NCBI RefSeq assembly: GCF_037042905.1
Contig: NC_087246.1
Span: forward strand, 3,906,001 to 3,970,000
Origin: Lytechinus pictus
Lineage: Eukaryota
Length of the DNA: 64,000 bases
Direction of reading: 5' to 3'
Shown here: in pieces, positions 1 to 11,600 of the stretch
Layout: each line of letters opens with the position of its first letter
Position numbering within the stretch: the first letter of the stretch is position 1
Notes under the pieces: model-generated
The model's database searches: none
Told to the model about the DNA's origin: nothing
Seen by the model: the letters and a program-made list of their open reading frames with translations, nothing else
Translations under genes and position numbers: made by a program

Positions 1-1254
1 CCCAAAAAAAAAAGAGCAAAATTATGGCTGCCTTAACACACTATCCAATCTTCTTCTGTTTTGACTCAGCACAGTGGCTCCAATCTTTGAGATAGAGAGC
101 TGAAATCTTGACAGGATAAATCTTACAGGGGAAGCTGACCCTGATAATAATTTGGTTTAAATAAAGGCAGAAAATTAGAGATGAATTTTGGTAAAGGTTT
201 TATGAAAATCCATCAAAGAGTGAGAGTTATGAGTACATGTATTTCAAGATTTTAATTTGTGACATCATATACATGAAGCTCCCCATATAGCATGTAATAT
301 AGATTCCATTGAACATGATGAATAATATAGGGGGGGGGGGGTAAATGATGTGTCTTGTCTGATGATGATATATCTGCCACACAACTAAATTAACTTTTTT
401 TTTTTTTTAAGATTTATATCACATGACACATCAAGGGAGTTGCTCGTCTATGAAGTCACAAGATCAAATCTTTAAAAAATCATAAATGTTAATCATTAAA
501 AAACTTTCATCAAAACTTCATGAATATTTATATTTTTCTGCTTTTATTTAAGCTAACTTATTGTCATTATTTAATCTTGCCATTTCTGCAATGGATATCT
601 GTAAGACTATATTGTAATGCCACAGAAGAAAAGGAAACAAAATTGTTTTGTTTATTACAGCCACAGTGAGATTTTAAGACTTAGCTGAAATACATTCAGA
701 TATATTTTCACCAGGGAGTGATTTCATGTTTCATGGGTAATTCTGAAATTAATGTTCACTGGTGTTTTTACCTGCGATTTTGCACCCCAACATCTTTTAC
801 TCTTCAAAAATTATTTAGGAGCACCTAGTTGAAATTCCTGTATTCTTAGTCATTCTTGTTCAATACCCCATATGCCAAAACCAGAGATGTCAACCGTTAT
901 TATAGTCATGGAGTATGTGCTATAGTTATATATTATGCACAATCTGTTATCCATAGAGGGAGCCACAGGGCTGATCTGTGCTTGATCCTTTACAGTTGTG
1001 GTGCAAATATATATTTTTTTTTGGGGGGGGGGGTTCAAAAATAGTGTTTTCTTTCTAAGAATATTTTTTTTAGATGAAGGTTGGCATCTCTGCAAAAACA
1101 CAACTCTTATTTCAATTCATGGTTGACTTGATATAAAGTGACTTATGAAAGTACATGAAACCTTGACACATGTTCTTTGAGAAAATTTTTAATCTATAAA
1201 CTTAAGATAAGCTGACAATATACATTATAATTACATTGATTTAGGTTATGTTGT

Positions 1255-1575
1255 ATATTCATTTACATAAAGTTTTCACACATTGGCACAGAATGAATAC
1301 TACAATGCAGTAAATGCATTGGAACTGCAAGTCAAATCACATCAAATCTTTGTATAAGGGTCAGTGAATCAACAACGACAGTTTCATCAGTGACTCTGGA
1401 CAAATGACATATTTGCAATTTTTCGTCAGCTCTAAAACGTCAGACAAAACTATTCAGATTCACCGACACTCGACAAAGACTTCATTGTAATTTGAGTTGC
1501 AAATTCAATGCATTTGATGTGTTGTATGATTCATTCTGCACCGCTGTGTTAAAACTCCCTATAAGGATGGATGTA
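1255..1575. repeat. Old diverged foldback element (~130-bp arms)
   Basis: CAGAATGAATACTACAA..AAATGCATTGGAACTGCAAGTCAAATCACATCAAATCTTTGT pairs with ACAAAGACTTCATTGTAATTTGAGTTGCAAATTCAATGCATTT..ATTCATTCTG. Confidence 0.6.
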
Positions 1576-2672
1576 TAAACCCTGCTATGAACTTTTAATT
1601 TTTCTCCTATTTCTCAAACCACCCAAAAACGTTTTTGACAGATTCATTTAAGTATAAATTATTGTTTTCACTTGATAAAAAGCTGTTTACCGACATCCAT
1701 GGCAGATTATATCATAAATACATTCCTTGCAGTGGTATGATCCATTAAAAAAGTGTTACAATTAAAAAAAAAAGCTAAACTAAACCACAATCAATTAAAC
1801 AATCAGTTGACTGCCAATAATTAGATGGACAAGGTTTGAATTCTGTTGGTTCCAAGTTTTTTTCTGACTTATTTTCTGCTGGAGTATGCAATCTTATTTA
1901 CTGGATGCATGCCAGAAATTTATCTACAGTATCAAACTTTCCCAGCAAGCCTTCAACATTCCAATGAGTTGATTGTTTAGCATTGTTTGAAATAGTTTAA
2001 CCGAAGTCCTTTGTTTTTACGTTGTATCATTTTAACACATTTTATGTCCTGTCATGAAATATTCCCAAATCTATAAGATTTTGGCAAAATTCTGCCAGAT
2101 CAAGTGTGAATAGACCAAATAGCATTTTCATTGGCCATATTATTTATTAAAAGTGTTGTGTCTAATCTGGCTGTTGAGAAAAGTTTATTTCAATTTAGCC
2201 TTTACTTTCAATCATGGAAATTATTGTTTAAAAATGGATATTAGTAGTTTTTTTTTAATGTTATACATATCAAATAATTATAATAATTGGTAAGAAAGTA
2301 TTCTGAATGTTTTATAATAGTACTGTATGTGGCTTAAACAGCTTGAAATATATATATTGGTCTTGTTTCGTGAAACTTGTTCAAATAACAAAGTTACAAT
2401 ACAGCTTTCAGCTACAGATACTATGGATTTTGATCGCATGATGGCAATTTTTTTCCATAGACGTAACATTTTATTGACAAGTTTTGTGAAACTTGGCACT
2501 GGAGTTGTCTTGTGAAAATTGTACAAAAGAGAGGTCGTTAAGTAAATGGATATTTATTCTGTACATTAAAAGGCATTCATATGGCACAAATTCTTATTCT
2601 TATTAATATAATAAAGCCTCTTATTATACAACTCATAATAAATAAAATGGTTTGTCTCATTCTTCTTTGTCA

Positions 2673-5600
2673 TCAACCGTCTTCATCATATTCTTCGTCA
2701 GGTGCGCACTGTGTGAAGAAAAAGAGGAAAAAAGAGAGAATATGAATTATTGTTTAATATTGTTTAATGTTTAATATCTTAATCTATGATCATTTATAAA
2801 ACAATGGACCAGATTATACAGCTCTTGTGGGTAGGCCATGTACACACCAGTAGTTCATAGCATAAAATAGACTATTATGGTAATTTACTATGGAATCCTT
2901 GAATATGAATAGGCATTCAGCCCTAATACCATGGTCGTCACCAATGATATTTGCTACCTTTACTAGTTAGTTTTATACAATGGGTCAGATGCATAAAAAG
3001 TAGCAATTGCTTTTGCTAGGCTTTTTCTTGGCCTACGCTTTTCCCATATGCATAAAAATGAGCGAGCAAGTGCTTTTGCTAGTAAGTTCACACAATCGAT
3101 AACTGACTGCTAGCACTTCCTTGACGATTAAGCTAGTGCTATAACGCGTATGCATAAAGCGAACATTTTAAGCACTTGCTTGAGTTTTTTTTCAAGCTCC
3201 GTCAGAGCAGCTTGAGCATTTGCTTCATCAGGGGGTTTGCGTTTTTAATCATGTTTATGCACCAAAGAGAGAATCCAAAGGTGTACAGTAGCCTACATGT
3301 ACAAGTTTTCTTCCTAATAAGTGCAAACCAAATGCCAAATATGTAAATTTATCAAATAGATAAATGTAAAAGACTATGACAAGAATGAAGATCCATACGT
3401 GGACTAACAATATTGTTTTATGCCTTTATTAAAATTAAAGATGCATTTGGGTAAAAAGCGCTGATCTATTTCACAGCTTTTTTACTTTTTTGACTGAAAT
3501 ATGTATTTTTCCCTCTGAAATTTTTTTTTTTGTTTCAACATAGTTTGCTTTGTTTTATTTGCGAGTGTATAGCAAAAAGCCAATGCTGACTCATTTGGTG
3601 AATCTACATAGATTACATGTGCATGTATATATTACCAGGGGGATGTTTCAAAAAAGGGTTTAAGAATGACATAGAGTTATGCCTAAAGGACAAGTCCACC
3701 CCCCACAAAAGTTGACCATGTCATTTGCATGGCACTGAGTTGTGCATATCACTGTTTTGTGAAATATAAAGGAAAGTTTAAAATGTCATAACTTTCTTAT
3801 TTTACATCCGATTTTGATGAAATTTTCAGTGTCATGCTAGTTTGATTTTTTCTCTATTCAAATCAACATTTTTCTGGGGTGGACTTGACCTTTAAATGCC
3901 GATGAACATGATACAAACAATATGGTGATGCCTTTTATAGCGTACGAAACTCAAAATTAAAATGGGAGTGTAAATTTTAAGCTATCCTGTGACCAATGTT
4001 TTTCCACCTGCCTTTTTGTTCAAAATGAATTCTCTCTCCACCTCTCTCTGACTATTCTCTCACCTCCATTTTTACTATATTTCTAACCCCAAACCCCCCT
4101 TTATATCTCATCATTTAGAATGATTTTTTGTAAAAATCTTTATTCCTATGTATTAGCAATTTGAGTCTTTTTTAGAAAGTCAAAGGGGCCTAAGCTTTCG
4201 ATCCTAGCAGAATCTTCGTCGGAGGCAAAATGGTCATTTTGCCTCCAACGAAGATTCTGCTAGGATCGAAAGCTTAGGCCCCTTTTGACTTTCTAATTTA
4301 CTCCATTGGCTCTCTTTTATTAGATAAGCAGTTTTCAGCAGCTTCTTATTGCCATTGAGTCTTTTTTACACTAAAAACAAGGCATTCTGACACTATTTAC
4401 TCTATGTACATGTATGTACTCACATAATATTCTACAAAAGAGATCTGTCCATCCTCATTTCTAATCATGTACTGAAGAGATAGGAAACCACGGTTATCAG
4501 TTCGTATGGACACCTTGCTGGATTGCATTAGAGCCTTGATAGATGGTTTCAACAAACAAAGCTTGTATCTGTGGATAAGCAAAATAAAGCCTGGTTTATT
4601 CAATTCCGTGTAGAAGTTTGGGGTACCTCATGAAGCTCTACCAGATGGGAGAAAAAAATCAAAATCGGTCAACAATTGAAGAAGCATTTTTTGTGAATTT
4701 TGAAAAATGCGCATAAATTAGCATATTTAATGAGTTTTAAAATTCTGTGTAGAAGTTTTGAATTCCCCACCTAGTGCTTTCATATAAAGCAAACAGAACT
4801 GAAATCAGACTTGAAATGAAGAAGAAAAAGCATTTCAAAATTGTGGACGGACGACACGCCACGACATTAGCTCATCTGGCCCTTCGGGCCGGATGAGCTA
4901 AAAAAATTGTTGATTATTTCACCCAGCACAATAGTCTTCTATAATCATCTAAAAGCCTTTCATAAAACTAGACAGGCCTCAGTATGCTAGAAACCGACAT
5001 CCATTTTTTTTTTACATGCAATAACATTACATGTGATGGAATATTATAATTAATACACCATTTGACCATTCCCCAAAGGCTAATTTCAATCTGGATTTGT
5101 TATTAATCTTCAAAGGATATCATATATATTACATCTGATTAAGTGTTTAACTTGCTTGTTACTTGAGCTCCTCACTGGATAAATAATAAGAAATTGATCT
5201 AACACCCACATATTGAATTTGAGGATAGGAGAGCTATAAATCATGATCTCTATTTCATACCAACCTGTAATTTGAAACTAACATGCAGGTAGACATGAAC
5301 AATAAATAAAGATATACTCATTTGATGTGATGAATGAATGGGGATGGTGGATGTGATGAAGTTGATAAAAAAAAGAAAGAGAGGTATTCAGAACAAGGTA
5401 TGGAGAAACTGATAAAGATACTTTAAATGGATAAAGTGAATGAGAAAAGAGACAAGAGAGAGTGAAGGGGGGGGGGTGTAATAATTCCTCACCTAACGCT
5501 CTGAGTCTGTGTGCATTGAAATGACTCCACCATATCAGAGTCCTTTGGAAAATCAGACTGAAAAAGAAAATTGAAAAAAAATAATAAAAAGATCTAGAGA

Positions 5601-8600
5601 GAAAGACAATTATTACATTAGATTAACAGCTCAAATAACATTTCTTCATTATCTACACAACATAGAAGAAACGAACCTTCTTTATCAAATTATCACACTA
5701 AATTCAAATCTGAATAATAAAAGCAGCTGTGGTATCAAAATCACATACATCATAGCAAAAAAGAAAGAAAAAATAAGAAAACATTGATACTGATATACGA
5801 GCATGAAACTTAAAGGTTCCCTACAGTCAAAAATTGCTTATAACGAGTTGCTTGGGACACCATAGTCATGAGTTTTATATCCACGAATATTATGATCCAT
5901 CAAATAAACTTGAAGTATTAGTCTGTTAAGAATCTTTCACTGGAAACACTGAATACTGTAAAGTAGAAACTACCAATTCTTTCTGGTTGCAAGGTTTCAC
6001 CAACCGCACCTGGCTTCATGAGTCGAATGAATCAACTCCTGCTCCTAGGGAACCAAGCGATGCTATGGTCTACTGACTTTTAGTACAAAGTTGCGTGGAA
6101 AGACATGCCCGGTGATCATTCACCTGATGAAGCCAACAGCGTTTGGTGAAATGGCACAACCACAGAGAATTGTGAGTCTCTACTTTACAATTTTCAACAG
6201 ATTCATAAATGACTAATACAGGGTATTGTAGACAGTCTTGCAATGCATGTCTGATATCTGAAACTTAACATTCCATCAAATGATGAAGCTGAAAACAAGT
6301 GTGGATCTTAAAATTTCCACTTTAACAATCGCAAACATTCATTGTATACACTATTTTTCTCATGATCATCATCACACCAAATAAAATAACTTTTAACCAT
6401 AAATATTCATAAATGATTTTCATGTCACATTATTAGAATGATGAGATTTTTTTTGTCACGTAACGAAACTGAAACAAAATTCAAGTATGACATTTTTATT
6501 TCAAACAAATGAAAGCCATGTCATAGATTCCTTGTTTTCAAAACTAGTCCAAAAGGGAAAAGTGGTCAAGTTCAACTTTTTAAAGGTCAAGTCCATCCTA
6601 ACAAAAATTTGATTTTACTTAATAGTGAACAATCAAACAAGCATATTGCTGAAATTTCATCAAAATCAGATCTGAAATACAAGTTAAGACACTTGTAATT
6701 TTTGCCTATTTTTCTCCAAACAGTATATAAACTGTACATACACAATACAATGGCATGCAAATAAAAGTCATTGATGTCACTTCTTCACTTTCCTGTGTAG
6801 TTTTATTTCAATTTTTGCATATTTGGTGATAAGGATACTCTCCTTCAAATCACAATAGGTTACATCAATTGCAATTCCACTTTTTCAGAGGGTAAACAAA
6901 CATTCTTTAACATTATAATGAGAAAATACAAGAGATAGTGAGTGGCTGACATTATCACTGCCCTAATTTGCATACTAACCAAGCATTATTGTTTTGTGAA
7001 ATGAAGTGAAGCTTTAAAATGTAATAACTTCATTATGATCAATAATAAAAATTTGATGAAATTTTCAGATTTGTTTGATTTTTCAATTATTCACATCAAC
7101 TTTTGTTGGGGTGGACTTGCCCTTTAATAAATTTGAAAGCTTTTATCAAAGTGACAATATCTACTAGAAACTACTAATCAGTGGGATAAAGATACAACAT
7201 AGATATTTTTAGTTCAAGTGCTTTATAAATCAATGTGCTGATATTGCATGGATCATTACTGATTTATAAGTATTATTCCATGGCATGAATGCTAGGGCTG
7301 TTATCAATAACGTCTTCATCGCTAGTCCTTTCAATAATTGCTTATTTTTTGCCACTTGGCAATGTCGATAACCTTTCTCTCGTCGATAATACCCGCTTTT
7401 ATGTAGGGATAAAGAGATTTTCCGCGATTTCACAGAATTCATGAAAATGGCCCTTTGAAAGTGGCTTTTCAAACGGAAAATCAAACGGAAAATTACGGAA
7501 AACATATTTTTCCTCAAACTGCAAAGAACAGCAACAGAAATTACTCTAAAATCTCAACAAAATACGAATACAAAATACTAGCAACAAAACACGATCTCAC
7601 CCCCACTTCGCTATTATCATAGCGAAGTGGGGGTGAGATTGTGACATTCCAAACATCCTGACTGCACTCGACTCCATTCGATCGAATCAAAAACATCACA
7701 AGTGCAAGCTCAATTTTGGCAAAGTACGCCGGGCAGCTAGCACACAGCCTAGCCGTGTGTTGCTGGCTTGCTGCCCTTTACATTCAAAGATGTACAGCAC
7801 GGTATAAAATGGCGGATAGGCGAAAGACCCTGACTGCTCAGAACGATGTCCAAAAAGCCCCAAGATTATCGATAAAACTTCATCCAACCCTAAAATAAGT
7901 CTAATAACGTGAAAGGTGAGGATGTATTTATGCTATATATTTTTATTAAAAGATGTTATGCAGTCATTTACATCCGATGAACACGTATTTTAAAGCGTTC
8001 TTACATGTAGTACAGTGGCAGATACAAATTTTGACCAACGCAAGTAAGTGACATCGCTATAATGCATAAAAAATGTGTATTGATTATGTTCTTTTGTTGA
8101 TAGTTATCGATATCGGTAAGATATTTTAAGCATGATCTCGAAAAAGAATTTTCTCAACGATAACAGCCCTAATGCATGCATATGGAAAATGTTAAGTTTT
8201 CATTCACTTCTGCCTTTAGTTGTCTCAAGCAAAGTATTCACTGTTATAATCAATTATAGAAGTAATTTTATGGCATAGGGCCTAGAAATACAAAGTAAAA
8301 AAGAAATAGGGCTCACTTACATAAGCACTACCAGCATGTCCGAATGTGGAGAGTCTGAAGAAAGGTTTATCCGGGGACAAGAGAATCTCAATAACCTCAC
8401 TCGTCATGTCAAGTTCTTGAAAGGCATCTTTCAGACAGTCACTCTATAGGAAAAAAGATATGTGGACAGGCTTAGCCTTCAAGAGATGGAGACTGCATAC
8501 AAGAGACATTTAAAAATTGATAAAATTTCCTGTAAAAAAAACTAGATACAGATTGAGCGAGAACCAGGATGCAAACTAAATAAAATAATAAATAATGTTC

Positions 8601-11600
8601 ATGTCATTATCATACGTTCCAAGGCACACTTTTATTAATACACTGGCTTCGACTGTTAGACGATGGATTTTTTTTCAAGATCTTGTCAACTGTTTCAGCA
8701 TAATTGTTATCATTTCCTTCTTCAGTGCAAATATAAACTATTCAAATGATCAGAAATAATAGTGACTGTTTTTTAAAGATGCTACAATATCAGTATTTGG
8801 CATATGGAGCGTGAATGAAAAAACTATTTTCGAACTACACAAGCATACCTTCATGATGATTTTATTGACGACATTTGCACTGCAGAAGTTGAAGTCTAGC
8901 ATTTCATCTGGTTCTAATGTCTTGATACTGCAGTCTGTCACAACACCACTCTCTTCAAGCCTGTAGAGAAGATATGCACCCTCAGAACCACTTTTCTTTT
9001 AAATTCTCACTTCTATGAGGCATGTTTTCTTTAAAAATAATGCACCCATCAGCATTATCCTGCTCATGATAATGGTCTCCTACATTTACAAAATCATCTT
9101 CATCTTTCAAAGAAAACAAAAGTTGAATTTCCCATTTACTTTCCTTTTCTTTTTTAAAGTAAAGTGTAATAACTAATATCTGAAAATGTGAACATGTATT
9201 TTTTCTGCAAAACTTTTTTTCTTTGTGTTATATTATTTTGAATATAGAAATGAATTCAAACGAATCTGATTTGGTATTGTACAATATATTAAAGACACAT
9301 GCAATATATCATTCAATATTCAATTGCCAAAGATATCTGCATATGTCATTGATTCTCTGTTGCTTTTCCATCAACTTTTTCTTTACAAATAAAATTATAG
9401 GCCATTTTATTCTTTTATTTTTAATAGTTATTTAAAAAGTATAAGACTAGCTATTTTTAACTGTGAATGAGAGAACACAAACAGTGTTGGTGACTTTGTT
9501 CCCCTTTTACATGAAGGAATATAAATTCTCCCAAGCTAATCAACTTACATGAGAAGTAAAGGAGATCCATATCCTCCATATGACATCTTCAAAGCAGGTG
9601 TGGCACCTCCCATCGGGTTACTACCAAAAATAGTTAGACATTCCTATGATGCATAGAGAAATGGTAATAGCAAGCATAATTTTTTTTTTTTAAAGCCTAT
9701 AGTTTTTGTAAATCCCCTGAAAGTGCACGTCACAACTCCAATCCATTGTGTGTGCTCTAAAATGGTTATGATGTGAGGGATATAAATATAAGTGTTTTAT
9801 TCTGTAATTTTACTGACTTTACATCAAAAAATATATTTTGATCAGGTGCATGATCAAAATAAATTATATAAAAATCTCAAGCATTGAATGGGTTGAGAAT
9901 TTCAGGATATACATGTATCTCTACTTTAGCTTTCTAATATCTATCTACTAAATTTGTAAAGTGCTGAGAAGGCTAATTTAAATCAAGATTGTACCAAGAG
10001 AGGGTGCTAGAGTTAAGTGTATACTACTTCATGACTTTACTCTGAAGTGGACCACTTTGTGAGAAGGAGAAATGTAGTGAATAAGAAACCCATAAAATGA
10101 ATGTGCATCACATGTTTAGCTAGAAAAAGAATAAGTAATACTTTCTAAAGAAAGTTGAAGTTGTTAAACAGGTCTGTTATACTTCCTGTAGAAGTATCGA
10201 TTGAGTATTGTTCATAAGTATTGGTGTATCATTGAAAAAGTGAGTGTGAAGGGTCTTCCCATAAAAAAAACATCACTGTTTAAGATAGAAAATGATGGTT
10301 TCCCACATTTGTTTAAAAAAATCAATGGTCTAATATAATCAAACAATTAAAAATTCATATTAAACAAAATATACTTTGTAAAACTGTCCAATCATACTTA
10401 AGTTAAACGGCACATGTTTCCTTTAAAACTACAATTACAATGATTACTACAAGTATACAACAAAATATATCAACTAAACATAATATAACATGTTTTAATA
10501 ACATATAACATAATATAGTATGAAAAAATACAAGAAGAAAAATATGAGACAAAGGTAACTAGAAAGTCAATTCACTCTCAAATAAGTCACCATAATAAAC
10601 CCTGATAAATGGGTCTTGAATAATTATATCGATAAGATAATTCATCAATGAAATTCAAGTAATTTGAGATGTCATATGTACATGTATGATAGAACAGTTC
10701 AAAAACTATATGATAACATTACAGTTAAGAGTCACTCCACAATCAAATCACATAAATCAATCATTTATTGAGCCGCGGGCGTCCTCATATCTTAAGGAGC
10801 TGTGCACATCTTTCCACAATAACTTAGCCAAAATGAGCTTTAAGGAGTTTTTTAATACATCCATTCAAAAAGCATATCTTCAATATTCTTACAGACATTA
10901 GTGAATACTCACAATGGCCTGGGTATGAAAGAAATAAAGGGGCTATAGGATTGCTTTACATAATGGTCTCTAGATGTAGATGACAAAGGAAATGCTGAAA
11001 AACATACCAATAACACAGAGAGGTTGATTTTGAAAGTAGCAGTATCCTCTTGCATATAATACTCCTGGAATATATTAGACTGGATGAAAGCATTCGCCTG
11101 CACACATTTAGCATCCTCCACAGTCACTTTGAGCCCATTCTCACTGGCACAAAATGTAGCAAGCTGCAGAAAAAAAGACAAATCAAAATGTAAGATGGTA
11201 GGCGCTAGACCTTGCATTTAAAACTAACTCTGTCTCTAGCTGGACATAAAAAACAAACCAATTGGGCCCCCAGGAGCTACCTCAGGTCACTACCCCTACA
11301 CTATGCACCTACCCGGTAGGTGTAGCGGTAGTGAAGTGTAGTGGAGCCTACACAAACCATCACCTGAGGTACCCAGAAGCATGCCACTGACTTTATTTCG
11401 AATTTGCTCTTTTTTGTATGACTTTGACTGATTTATAAATTGAAAATTAGAATTACGATTGTGGCTACTACTGAAAAGAGCTAGAGCCCCGTTGAGTAGC
11501 GAGAATGAGTTTCGGCAAATATTACTTCTGCAATGAAGCGATGTTTGCCGACTACTTAGAAATCTAGGGCCAAACACGGTTCAGTGTACGAGGTTAGTAT

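Noticed and set aside
61-90. Possible tiny terminal exon (CAG|CACAGTGGCTCCAATCTTTGA) of an upstream plus-strand gene
   Set aside because: Six codons with no upstream context in the window; cannot be supported.
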